Shown in pieces: positions 11,098 through 23,433 of a stretch of DNA of 58,446 nt (its first letter is position 1; each line of letters begins with the position of its first letter). Source of the DNA: Phoronis australis. Taxonomy: Eukaryota; Animalia; Phoronida. The notes under the pieces were generated by a model. It ran no database searches. It saw only the letters and a list, made by a program, of their open reading frames with translations, and was not told the origin of the DNA. A program made the position numbers and the translations under genes. The stretch covers positions 403,612 through 462,057 of the forward strand of contig NMRA01000066.1 of the NCBI GenBank assembly GCA_002633005.1. Direction: 5' to 3'.

Positions 11098-12689
11098 TCT
11101 ATCCTTGTCTCAAGCCATGATGACGTATAGTCAGTTCTACCTTAGCCCATAAATCACCTTTAATCCAAGAACAAGTTGATCTCCATATCATCCATTAGTC
11201 AAGTTTAATCTTTTGCGGAGGTAGAGAAACACACGGTATGATTGATCTAGTTTTCTTTGAAAACTAGGGCAGTTAATACATTTTTAAGCCGAGTCGAACA
11301 TAGGAACAACGATTTATCCCATTTAAGTCAGTTCTTTAAAAAAATTGATGCCTTCGCTTCAAGTGACTAAAAAAATAAAACTTTAGTGGCGTTCGGCAAA
11401 TGTCAAACTAATCTTAATATAAAAGAGTGATAAGTGCGGCAGACTGTACTTTTTCACAAAAGGCGGATAGAGAATAGGATGGTTGTAAATTTCACTTATG
11501 TCCTGAAATTAATCTTTTTTGGGTGAAAAAAATTCACAGTCTTAGGAGTGGCTTTCAAAACTATCAATATGGCGGATATCGTTAATCTTGATTATAGTAA
11601 AAAAATATGAATGTTTTTAGGGATCTTCTGAATTGTCCTTGGCGATTTCCTACAATCCTTGTTAAATCATCAGACTGGGTCCTTCTAACCATCAGCCCTT
11701 CCATATGAATCATTTGGGCGTAAACTTTTCAAGATCATTGGACTTCATCAGCAGGATGAAATTAGTAGAAGCAATATGGTTCACGATTTCCACACAGTAC
11801 AAAATGATCGATAATAGATCTTTTATGAAGTGGCTTAAATTTTCGCCATTCACGAGACTTCTATTGAATTCCGTTATAATTCGTGATAAATCCCGTATTT
11901 CGCAATGATCTCCTGTATTTTTTGCACCCTGTTACATCATTTTATAAAAAAGTGTAGATTCCCATAACAACCTGTTTCGGAGTATTTTCTGTTGTTAAAA
12001 GAGTACGCAGTGATTATAGTGGCTGTAGTTGAGAAAACTCCACGAACCATTATGGAACTCTATAACCCAACTACAGTAATTGATAAGAATTCAGTTTTTA
12101 CAGAGCCTGATACAAATTGTATAATTTATATTTATAGTTTGTTTGGCTCTGAAGGTGTCTTTTTGTCTTATCAGTGTTTTTGTGCATGTTATGTTCACTT
12201 CATATTTTGGTTTTCGAGAGATAATTCGACAGAAACTTTGTAGCTTTACAAAGTTCTACTTGTGCTTACAGCTAAAGCAGCAGGCACAGCTGGTAAACTA
12301 TTATAAAATTTTCACCCGCGTTCCTGTGGTCAATTAGTTTAATGAAATCAGTTTGCAAGATGTTACATCATACATTTGCTTCATATATGCATATAAAGAC
12401 CGTCATTATTCGAAATGATGCTTCTGCTCGTAAATTCCTTATGAGCAATACATGTTGATTATTTTCATTTCTTCTCATTTTTCGCGGTCATCATCAACAG
12501 AATTGACAATCTACGAAAAGTACGGCTGCCATTATTCAAAATTCTACTTGTGCTTATAGTTGCTGTATCAGATGACATATGTAAGTTATATTATTAGAGA
12601 ACATTAGATTGTTTAGCTTTACTTTACTTGTTCTTGTTGTTCAAAAACAAAACTAACAGTGCTCGTCCAAAAATGTGTTAGATTTTCAT

Positions 12690-12995
12690 GTTAGCTATAC
12701 AACTGTACTTTTACTTGAACCTCAGAAGTGACCTTGACCTTTTATTTACTTCAAGGTCATCTAGGACCCTATAAAAATGGCCAAACCTGACTGAATTCGG
12801 AACATTATATCTCAGAGGTAGCCTATCGGATTCATACAAAACTTTTAAAACACTATGCTTTATGCACTATTCTCAACGACTCTGTTAATAAGCGTAGCAG
12901 ATTGATGAAAAGTAGTCAAAATCCTGTTCTACAGGAATTGTACTTATAGAGAACGTATACCTTTATTGGATAAAAATCTACAGTTGTATGCTGGG
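12690..12995 (+). repeat. HINE-like dispersed repeat, copy 2
   Basis: Contains tgaccttgacct and is homologous to 7520-7640 and 7870-7960. Confidence 0.5.
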
Positions 12996-13074
12996 GTGGG
13001 GTTTGGAGGGAACAGTTCATAGATACCGCAGTGGGGAGATAGCGGAGAATCAGTCTCAAAGAAGAGATTCTTAA

Positions 13075-14753
13075 AGGAGCATGCCACTCAAAAAAACAAC
13101 CTAATTTGTATCAATTTAGATCGAGTAGTTCTACTCCATAACGACACGTACGGTTGCGTTACCTGACACCTGACGGCAGACGGAGGTGTTGAAATTATCC
13201 AATGACGTCATCGGTTTCACGCGCAGTCTGTTCAGTAGTTCACAACACGGGTTACTGGTGTCAGCTTATCGCTTGAAGTCATCGTTTAACAACAATGAAT
13301 CATCAAACTTCGGTGTACAACCCTTAAAAACACACCGAATTCTTATAAAAACGTGTTGCTTTATTTCGCTCTTACGGATTTATTAGTATTTGGACACACC
13401 GTAGCCTAAAAAGTTCGGCAGGCCAATAAGGTCCGTAGCAGGAGTTTGGTGTCGGACTGGATAATTTCGAAGTATTTTCCGTGAGATACAGACAGGAGAA
13501 CCTGGATCTGTGTTGTTCAGACTTGTGATTTTTTGAGTTCTAAACACAAAACGCTTGTTAGCCTGGCTAGTGGCTCGGAGAACGATCAGGCCCGTCGCGG
13601 CCGGTCACCGGGATTGACTCGTTATCCCCGCCAGTGGCTCGGAAACTGNNNNNNNNNNNNNNNNNNNNNNNNNNNNNNNNNNNNNNNNNNNNNNNNNNNN
13701 NNNNNNNNNNNNNNNNNNNNNNNNNNNNNNNNNNNNNNNNNNNNNNNNNNNNNNNNNNNNNNNNNNNNNNNNNNNNNNNNNNNNNNNNNNNNNNNNNNNN
13801 NNNNNNNNNNNNNNNNNNNNNNNNNNNNNNNNNNNNNNNNNNNNNNNNNNNNNNNNNNNNNNNNNNNNNNNNNNNNNNNNNNNNNNNNNNNNNNNNNNNN
13901 NNNNNNNNNNNNNNNNNNNNNNNNNNNNNNNNNNNNNNNNNNNNNNNNNNNNNNNNNNNNNNNNNNNNNNNNNNNNNNNNNNNNNNNNNNNNNNNNNNNN
14001 NNNNNNNNNNNNNNNNNNNNNNNNNNNNNNNNNNNNNNNNNNNNNNNNNNNNNNNNNNNNNNNGAACACTCCAAAGGCATTACAAATTGCATCTAATGAG
14101 ACAGACTTTGTTTCAGTTTTATATAAGTATTGGTTAGGGTGAGAATAATTCATTTTGAAACAGAACGCTCAGTAATAAACGCCAACATGGCAACTCGCAA
14201 TCCCGACTTAGGACGAGCTAGAGCTCATCAATCCCGACTTCGCGGGTGGATCGTTAAGTTTTACAGGCTATCAATTCGAACAGGAATACAGTGATGAAGA
14301 AATACTAGAGAGGTGCCGTGAACAAGCTCAGACAACTGAACGTATGGAGGTAATTGGTAAAACGGCATTCGTCAGGCACGGTCGATTCGTCTGCAGGCCA
14401 CAGACACGGAAATGTTTCGCGGCCTCATACTTGCTATTTACAGCGTACATTTCATTCTTCACTAACATGAGCCACTTCCTAAGCATTTCGGACTCTCGAG
14501 GAAGTAAAAAAAAAAAACGTTATACCCGCTTTCCTCGCAGCTGCTTAGTTCGGACAAGCGGGAACGATGCACCGCAACATAGTGGCATTCACTCTGCATA
14601 TGAATCACTGACGTCGCTAGCGTCGTTTCTCACCTTCCTCACAGGTTAACGCGACACCTCTTGGCAAGGTAAGGTCGACCGTATGCGAGGCGATGTGGAT
14701 ATAGACCGATTAAGACTGCTAAAAAGACTAATTAAATCGGGTGGCATTCTCCT
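13075..14753 (+). mobile_element. Non-autonomous Kolobok-like DNA transposon, copy 2 (spans the assembly gap)
   Basis: TTAA flanks (13071-13074, 14754-14757). Ends AGGAGCATGCCACTC / GGGTGGCATTCTCCT. Homologous to copy 1. Confidence 0.9.
13649..14063. other. Assembly gap (415 N)
   Basis: Run of n characters. Confidence 1.
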
Positions 14754-14759
14754 TTAAGG

Positions 14760-15100
14760 TGCTTGCACTAAGTTTACATTCGTGCAGCCAGATTGAAACA
14801 CGTCTTGGAGAGCTAGAGAGCGATAACATAAAAGAATAAGAATAAAGTGAAGCAAGTGCCCAGAATAGGGTACTAATCCGTCGAAAAGCATCGATCCATT
14901 GGATCTTAAGGACCATCCCAAAGACGCAGTAGTAAACTTCAGTAGTGGCAGGATTGCTACACCAACGATTAATAAGCACGACTCATTAAGCATTGGATAA
15001 GCATAGTTTGTAGACTTAGAGAAAAGCTTGCGGATGTGTTTCTACAGGAAAATACCGAAGGGGACACCCATGACAGCAACTACCAAATCAGTACAATCTG
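14760..15100 (-). mobile_element. Highly decayed LINE reverse-transcriptase fragment (CR1/Jockey-like)
   Basis: Minus-strand VYYCVFGMVLKIQWIDAF resembles the RT segment L.YYGI.G..L.WI..FL. Confidence 0.3.
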
Positions 15101-16249
15101 GTGAGTCGAAAGTGTGTAACGTTGTCAAGCAATCGTTGACATAAGGAGCGTCCCTTGCTCCATTACCTACTATAATGTTTACGGATAAAGGAGCGAGCCT
15201 AAAAGGCAAGTCAGTCATTTAGAGGTACCTGTAACAGGGGGTGTCCAATTCCGGATGTACCAATAAGGCAGTCATTGATGGTTCAGCTCTTCTATGGACT
15301 GTTCATTGCCCAACAGATGGCGCTGTAGAAGATAAAGTCACCAAAGTGAAAACAAAAGGCGGCCTTGTCTTTACAAAAAACAACTCATTTTAATCATATG
15401 TGATGAGCTATCTAAAAACAGACTATATCACACTATACAATTACTTCACTTTGACGAAGAGGGTTTGCTTCCTAAAAGGTCGCCAGTTAGTCTTTCGGGA
15501 AAAGTCGGGCGGGGCTCCGTATCAGGGCACTTTCGGAAACTTGTTTTGCCACCAGCAGTGCATTCATTCAGCCAATGAATTTTAAGGTTACTGTCAACTT
15601 TCGTGGATTTTTTTCAAAAATAAGTTATTCAGAATTGTATAAAATTATGTTTTATCTTTTTTGATTGCTAGTCATAACATTTCTTTAAAGGCACTGCGCT
15701 AAATATGCCAGTTGTTTGTGATGATTTCAATATAGCATATCTTGATCGGCTTTGTTTAAATCTTTTGACTTTCTACGCTTATCACGTTATATTTCTTTTA
15801 AGTGCCTGGCTCCATTCATATGACACTTTTCACACTTGTTTGGCCCACAATACGGAGACTGAAAGACTTAATTTTCGATTATCCTTCGAGCAACGGAGAC
15901 ATTGCGACGACAATTCGAATAAGACTTTAATGGCTGATATCTTTTTTGTTTGACGGTAATTAAAAATCCGAGGCGATGTTCCTTGTGCGTTGCTTGTGAG
16001 AACGTGCAGTTCAAATACAAAGTCGTTCGCTGTTTATTATTTTGACGGTTCATGTTCAAAAGAAAAATTGACGATTTTCATAAACAAGGTGATTAAGTGA
16101 TTATAATTTATTGAGCGATGTATGAGCCCATGTCAACTTAAATATTAAGGAAATTATTCAAACCTTTTCGTGAGGTGATATCATCAGACATCAATAGGGT
16201 TCCGAAATGTATAGTTGTCTTCTTATTCCAAAATTGTGATGGAGATAAG

Positions 16250-16486
16250 GGGCCCGTTCCAAGAAACTGACTTAAGCTCATTGTTGACTTAATTCCAAGA
16301 TTTGTCTCAACTTCCAAGCTTTGAAACTTCCACATCCGGTAAGTTAGTCAAAATTTAGACAAAACTTAAGTCAAACTTAAAATCTCTTTCTAGAAACGTA
16401 ACCGAGAGAAAAATTTAAGTTTTATCTTAAAATTGACAGAAATTCAAGATTTGTCCTAGTTAAGTCAGTTTTATTGGAACGGGCCC
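16250..16486. mobile_element. PIF/Harbinger-like MITE (237 bp)
   Basis: TIR GGGCCCGTTCCAAGAAACTGACTTAA / TTAAGTCAGTTTTATTGGAACGGGCCC. 3-bp TSD AAG (16247-16249, 16487-16489). Confidence 0.8.
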
Positions 16487-16599
16487 AAGTACTATATTCT
16501 GGTATTTTCCTTGTGAGCATTTTAAAACTTTTTTAATACGTTTATTTACCCAGAAAGCATATCATTAGTGATTAGTAGATACGGCTGGGGTTGGATATG

Positions 16600-18770
16600 T
16601 TTACAACATACTAGAGGACAATACCTCATACAAATAGAACAAATAAGTATCTGGAAAATAACTTCTAATGATTGGGTGGATAATTAGCCGAGAATAATAT
16701 AAAAGGGGGGGGGGAACGGGAAGGGGAAGGACTTTCATACACTCATTCACACTCACATTCACACAGTTTAATTAACTTATGTTTATATTTACGTAGGTGA
16801 ATACTTGTGAAAAGGACAGTTTTCTTATAATACAACAGAAGTGGTTAAAAAATAACACCATATATTGTTTGAATCATTTTAAAGAGGTGCCTGCAAAAAC
16901 CTCTACTGTTCTGAAGTTTTATCCGAGGCGTTAAATACAATCAAGAGGTTCACTGCGTCAAAAAGTATACATCTGAACTCATTATAACAAGGCACCCATC
17001 TCTCGATGATGTATTAATATAATGTTGAGCATGAGTGTATATGGTATTGAAGATTTCACTTGGATTGACGTATCCTTCAAATTATAATTTTCTTAATGCT
17101 TTCCCATTTAAGAAGTTTGTTCTGGCTATCTAAAAAATCATCACAAAATATGAGGCCTGTATTGCAGAAATCTTGGTAAAATAATGATTTACGGTTAACA
17201 GTTAAGTAACAATTGTTCCATATCAGTTGTTTGGCTATTGGTACTTCATTGAATATTTCAGGATTAAGATTATCCAAGGTTGTGAGAACATCCTTGTAAA
17301 AAGGGTTTATAATTTCGCATTTTAGGGTTTTCAGTTGAAAATTGGATGAAAAAAGAGAACACCGCCAACACGACTAAAAAGATGCCTCGGGTATATCCTC
17401 CAACTTGCCTCATCCTCTGTATTAAAACGCTTGACCCAATTAAACAATAAGTTTAACTTGATAAGTTCCATGTTAGGATATTTCGAACCGCCCTCTTGAT
17501 GTGGCGAAATTTTCACAGTTTTTTAATTTTTGGTGGTGTACTTAACCAAATAAATTCCCTTATAATTTTATTAACTTCACGAATTTTTGGTGATACCCAC
17601 AGTTTACACTACGTGAATGAGTTTCGATAAACCATAAGTTTTCGTAATGAAGATTCTGCATTTTATAGACAAATTTCGTGTTTTCCAAATATCAAACAGG
17701 TTTTTTAAGTTTTTGGATTTTTTTCATCAAAATTGAGTTTTTTCAGCGTCTTCCCCTTTTCCGCCTAAGTATATTCCTACACTTTTAATGTACTTTTGGG
17801 GCCAGCTGATTCCGTAAAGGGGATTACGATTTCAGTGCGTTGTTAAGGCAAACATCCCTTGGAATTTTTCATAATTCAAGTAGAGTCCAGAAAATGTTCC
17901 AAAATAATCTAAAAATCTAAAACAGTTATTGCCAGATTCTACGTCTTTAATGAAAAGAACTGTATCGTCTGCATACTGTGCAATTTTGATTTCGTGATTG
18001 GCTATTGTGTAGCCTCTAATTAATTCATTGCTTCTGATATGATGTGACATAATTTTTGCACACAGTACTTTTAAGGATTGAAATAAAAAACCCACTTTAC
18101 AGTATCGTACGCTTCCTTGAAATCGAGGAATACAATGTGACCGGGAGTGTGCTTTTCATTATAAAATTAAATCATATCGTCAATTAAACGTATAGTCTGG
18201 CTTATGTAACGTTTCGGCAGGGATGTTTGATCTGGATGAATCAAATTATTAATATAGTTGTATATTTTGTTTGTGATTGTTTTAGTTGTTGATTTATAGT
18301 CACAGTTCAAAAGAGAGATAGGTCTCCAATTGTCTAAAGATTGTAATTCTTCGGACTGTTTACGTTTTGGGATTAACGTGATTACGCCTTGCTTTTGAGA
18401 ATTGGACATGTGACCATTTCCAATGCTGCATGTGACGCTCGCCAATAAATCGTACCTTCCAAAAGGTTTTATGAAATTCATAACTGATGCCATCATTACG
18501 AAGTGTCTTATTAGGTTTCGTCTCCAACAGAGATTCGTACAATTCTTTTTCTGTTAGATTTTTTCTAGATCGTAAGAATCTGCAGGAGATAGCTTTTTAT
18601 ATATTGATAAACTAAAAAGGTCGTTTGGATACGTCCTTTCTCCATTGCATTCTTCAATACAGGAGTAGAGTTTTTTGTAATAGTTCACTTGCATATTCCG
18701 TATGCTTGCTGCATCATGTATAATTTTAACACCGTCTTTAAGTCTCGTATTTTCGTAGCAGCAATTGTCT
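16600..18770 (-). mobile_element. Decayed, 5'-truncated L1/Tx1-clade LINE ORF2 (reverse transcriptase) plus 3' UTR
   Basis: NYYKKLYS; GVITLIPK...NWRPISLLNCDYK; IHPDQT; FLDFKEAYDTV; KIAQYADDTVLF; GGSKYPN; IWNN. Many stops and frameshifts. Confidence 0.9.
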
Positions 18771-19119
18771 CCTCGGACATGAACGTTATTTGCGCAGTAG
18801 TGAACTTCAATCATAGTCGTCTTTCGCTATCCAATTTGAAAGACACACGAGATAATTTGACTGAAGTCCGCACAAGCGCAGTGAACGATCACATCCGGGG
18901 GAAAATTTGAGGCTACAAAAATATCCGAGTTGCATCGGATATTGTAGAGAATTATTAAGCTAACAAGTACATGTAAATATCGATGCGATATTTAGCGGCT
19001 GGTCATCAAAATGGGTATCGCATTACAGAACAAAGTAGTGTCGAAGGTTCGGTTATTTCGATTTTGCAATCTTCTGGTATTAGCTAAACACTCAGACAAC
19101 CACTATTGTTAGTTCTCCT

Positions 19120-19745
19120 ACTCGTATGGTGATTCCTTACGTCCAGGGCCTGTCTCGACCGCCTCAAGAGGACATTTAAACAGTTGGACATTTCTATTAT
19201 CCACAAACCGTTTAATTCTCTCCGCAGCCAACTGGTTAATGTCAAGGACAAGACCCCCAAGGTGAATAAGTCATGTGTTGTCTATGGTGTCAGGTGTAAG
19301 GTTCCCCAGTGCTAAGGCAGTTACATGTACATTAGTGAAACGTAACAGTCCATTAAAATGCGTATGTCACAACATCATCGTCCTAGTTACGGGGACACTT
19401 ATGATTCGGCTATTTTTAGCCACATGTGCGCTACTGGACATGATTTCAATACGGATGATGTTACTGTCTTAGACTGTGAGGAAGACTGGTTCAAAAGAGG
19501 TGTAAAGGAAGTTCTCCATGAGCGCATTGAGAGTCCGTCTTTAAATAAAAGAGGCTGTTTACGATTCGATTTGTCACACGTATGGGATGGTGTACTGACG
19601 TCAGTACCGCGCCGTTTAGCTAAAACGCCACCAATTGGCCAGAATAACAATAGCCAAGTTGAAGTCCGTGAGATGCGGACGCAACGTCGCTAATTTTTGT
19701 AAGTTAATTCCAGTACTAGACTCAAACTTGATCTGTTTTCTAAAC
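19120..19745 (+). mobile_element. Penelope-like element 3' fragment (RT C-terminus plus GIY-YIG endonuclease), decayed
   Basis: IPYVQGLS...HKPFNSLRSQLVNVKDK...VVY.V.C, then RMSQH...SAIFSH...GHDF...VLDCEEDWFKRGVKE...PSLNK.G. This is the typical PLE GIY-YIG layout. Confidence 0.85.
19651..19692 (+). ncRNA. Decayed minimal type I hammerhead ribozyme of the Penelope pLTR
   Basis: TAGC-(caagttga)-aGTCCG tgagatg CGGAC-GcAAC-GTC-GCTA. Stem I TAGC/GCTA, stem II and the GUC site are retained, but both catalytic boxes are mutated. It sits at the end of the GIY-YIG remnant. Confidence 0.6.
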
Positions 19746-20538
19746 TAGATGTCTCAAAATTTTCATGCTTTAATACACATTATGTTTTCGTCTGTTTTTA
19801 CGCAACTACGGAAGAAGAATCAAGTCATCTGTGCTGTTGCGACACAGCGGATACCAACTTTTGCAGAATCACGACACCTTTGTTTCCGTGAAAAACTGAG
19901 TAGCTCTAAATAAACGGCAAACAAACTCAAGGAGCACGTCAAACTGAGAATTGTGGAGGCCAAAAAATAAGGTTAAATACGATGAACACCCCTACAATGA
20001 ATTCGGTGAGTGTACTCAAAAGAATCAATTAAGCAGCATCGTAATCTTTAGTCTGCTTTTTTACTCCCTACATCAAACGACTAATCAACCACACAAGGAA
20101 TATGTGTGTCTCAGACCTTTTCACCGATGTCATGTTAAAAACAATTTTTACTCCTAGGCATGTACAAAAGTGTGTCAAAAAGGCACTTTCGAAGATTGGA
20201 TCGTTTCTTATCAATCCTAGCACAGAGAATCGGGAATTCGCTTTTATGTTTTTTAGAAACCAATGACTGAACTTGATTGACTTCTCCGGTTCTGTCGGTT
20301 CAACCGGCTTCAGTCTTGCACACTAATTGTAATTGGTCTGTGGCCGGTTCCGTCGGACAACCGACTAAAGTGCAGCCAATGTCAAAGAATATTTTGATTC
20401 CAATGTGTGAAAGACAATCAGTTAATTTCATAATTTTTGTTTCAAGACACGTTAAGTAAGAATAAAAGTTTTTTTACGAACAAATGGGTATTATAGGCTT
20501 TGTCTTCCAATCATTTCCACCAGGCAACTACGTCAAAC

Positions 20539-20689
20539 CAGGGGCGGAACCAGGATTTTGAGTTAGGGGGGGGGGCAAGGGCAGAGTATTAGCCAGGATT
20601 TTGCCCGACAGAAATTCGCATCCCCGTATTGCCAAGTGGAATCTGGGAGAATTTCAGTTGGGCTATGGCCCCCTCTAAATCTGCCACTG
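20539..20689 (+). mobile_element. MITE family A (~150 bp, CAG...CTG ends, 5-bp TSD), copy 1
   Basis: CAGGGGCGGAACCAGGATTTT...CTAAATCTGCCACTG, with TSD CAAAC on both sides. Confidence 0.9.
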
Positions 20690-20959
20690 CAAACGACAAT
20701 TTTCTGACTTCTTTTTGATCAGTAATAGACCTAGGAGTAGAACCCAGCATCTCCGCAACTGAAGACTGGCACTCTGATCATTGAAAATGGCAAAACAGTC
20801 GACGCGTTTCACTTAAGCCTGCATGGCTGAGGTGGTAACGCATTAAATATAACTGATGGGTAACTTGTGTAGGGTCCAGTCCCAAAGTATTCAAGTTCTT
20901 TCTGGAAAGAACTGTAATTTTTGCCCTATTAGAAAGACTTTGTTCGCAATTCTGAAAGA

Positions 20960-21037
20960 ATCGCCTGTTTCTGATTCGATCGATCCCAGAATCTCCCATA
21001 TACTAACCCAGCACTCGGACCACTGAGCTACCGAGCC
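20960..21037 (-). repeat. tRNA-derived sequence (SINE-head-like, degenerate)
   Basis: Minus strand ggctcggtagctcagtggtccgagtgctgg...gggatcgatcgaatc: A box intact, B box decayed. Confidence 0.55.
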
Positions 21038-21482
21038 TATGCCGGGTTCGATTTCCAGGTTGAGAAAGACGAGTTTTTCAGACTGGAAAATAGCCTCTGT
21101 GTAATTAGCAGTAAAAGTATAGTACTTTGCCAAATGAACTTTCATGAGTAATACACGACTTCTCCTGTACAAGATAGGAGGGAAGAATCTGAATTTTGAC
21201 TATTTCCACTTGAGCCAAAAATTCAACACTGCACACGGATGTGCTTAGAAAATGACGGGACTTCCGTATCCAGGTAGACAGGAGCAAATTTCTAAAATTT
21301 CAAGGAGCTATGGAATACCATTCCTGGCCGTCACTCCCCGTGTAGACCACAAATTTGCCGTCAAACCTGACTCACTCTGTTTTCTTCGTTTTGGTGGAGA
21401 TACAAAAGCTCGAAACGTAGCGCGCTAGTCACTGCTTGGAACACGACTCCAAGGTATTTTGTCCATAGTCCTGATTATTTAA

Positions 21483-22904
21483 AGGGACACGGACGAAAAA
21501 CGCATTTTTGAGATTATTTTGAATGCGATAGACTTTTTGAAATTGTTAGGTTTGACCAGAGTTATAAAACATCAAAATTCATTGTGTTTTTGTGATTTTA
21601 TTACAAATCGCCAATTCTCGTCGTGTTCTGCCAGACATTCGCTGTAATCAAGGCCAGTTACTACTAGTTAAATACGCTTAAAAACACTGCCGGTTATATA
21701 CTAATCGTCCTAGGCACGGGAAATATCAGTGAGTTTACTTTCAGGGGGTGTCAAACGCAATTTATCAAACGTTTTCCTTTCATCTAAAGCCGTTTGACAG
21801 CCAAGACGAAGGAGTGGAAGCAGACAATTATTTAGGCACGTGCGTCTCATCCGAAATAATGTGTTTTTAAACGTTGCGCATCGGCCGGGTCACATTGTTC
21901 TCGGCGTTGTTCCAAGATTGTCCGTTAGAAACGTTTCCATGCAACATGACTTGACAGCATATTTTGTGGAACACAAGGCATTCTGTTAGACTCGCTTGCC
22001 AATGTTGCTCTTGGAAACATCAGTCTAGTTCACTGACCAACTTAGGCAAACTTGGTATTAATTTTTTCGTATTAGTAAATGATGAACGAAACTAGTGTAT
22101 TGCTAATCAAACCGGATTTAATTAATGAATAACGTTGAGAAGGAAATTGAAAGAACGCTTGATCGACTTGAACCACTTCATTGTCCTCTCTAGTAATTAA
22201 AACACGTAAATAAATTCATTGGGAGGCAAGAATGACAAACTTTATAATATTACCAACAAAGCCCACAATTTTGGATAACGCAAATTAAATACAAACAAAG
22301 AAAAGTCCACGTGATTGCATAACTTTATCTGAAAGACACGCTTTGCCGAAGTTTTTCTTTCAATGCCCAACTTCTTCTCTTTTGAGTGGTGTCATACACC
22401 CGACACCCAGGACGTTACTCCGTTCCTAATCCTCGTCAGGAAACATACTGTTGTGTTTCCCTCGAAACCATAAGAACAACGACGGCCACCTCAACGAAGC
22501 CGAGATGGGAGAGAAAAATAATTTCATCATGATGTAGAGTTTCTATATCCAAACAACGGTGCAATATATATACTATAAAAAGCTGTTTTCACTAATTACA
22601 AATTTTTAGATATGACTCTGAAGTTCATTGCCTGATCCCCATAGATTGCATTGCGAAAAAACGGCGTATTTAGTCGATCAAGTTTTCATCTGACCATAAA
22701 CAAATATTGACTGTTATTCAACAACAGCCAGTGAAACCCGGTGACACCCGGTGAAACGTTGATCATTGGCAGCAAGGTAGTCGGCCTTTAAAAATAGAAA
22801 ACCGACAGTTTTTGCAAATATTTTGGTGAGAAATAACTGAAGAATTACTGTACTGCCTATAGCCCTCTACTTTGCCAAAGCATTAAAAAGGTGTACAGTC
22901 TCCT
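21483..22904. mobile_element. Possible second Kolobok-like non-autonomous element
   Basis: TTAA-AGGGACACGGAC ... GTACAGTCTCCT-TTAA. Only weak TIR similarity, and no second copy in the window. Confidence 0.35.
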
Positions 22905-23029
22905 TTAATTGTGAATATGAAAATGAAGTAATATTTTACAAACAATCCCGGGTCCTCCAGTGTGCCGGAAACCATCCATGAACCTGTTACCATTGCAATC
23001 TCGCGAAAATCTCGTCTTGCGAGACTCTT

Positions 23030-23433
23030 TTTATGTAAATGAGTATGGTAATATTTCATCATGACGAACATCCGATGTCGGCCACCGACATCTTAGGTCT
23101 AGTGGCTACTCGGCCGACACTCCTCACTGTGACCACAACGACAGCATTCGTTCTGTATACCCTCACCTGGAAAATCCCCACAGCATTGTCGTTACCCAAA
23201 AAAGCAATTGCAGGCGGTCTGATACACGTTGTACCAGACGTGCGCAGGCCGCGCATGTGGGCCCATTGCACTGATCACCTGGAACTATTTTTATGCTTTA
23301 TTAATATATGGTTAAAACCGAGCTGAGGAGCTAGAAACCTGGTTCAAGGGCTTAGTAGTGTGACCTGGTGGGACTCGAACCCACGACCTTGAGTAAAGAA
23401 AGCGGGCACTTAGCAACCAGGCCACACTGCCTC
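23030..23433 (-). mobile_element. tRNA-derived SINE (~400 bp)
   Basis: Minus-strand head gaggcagtgtggcctggttgctaag...GGTTCGAGTCCcacc (A-like box and perfect B box). GC-rich body with a 3' hairpin gatgtcgg-tgg-ccgacatc. The 3' boundary is approximate. Confidence 0.65.

Noticed and set aside
13533-14153. Four long ORFs of 156-187 aa
   Set aside because: They consist mostly of X from the 415-N gap.
7500-14757. Tandem segmental duplication of repeat plus Kolobok
   Set aside because: The sequences immediately flanking the two Kolobok copies are unrelated, so these are independent insertions.
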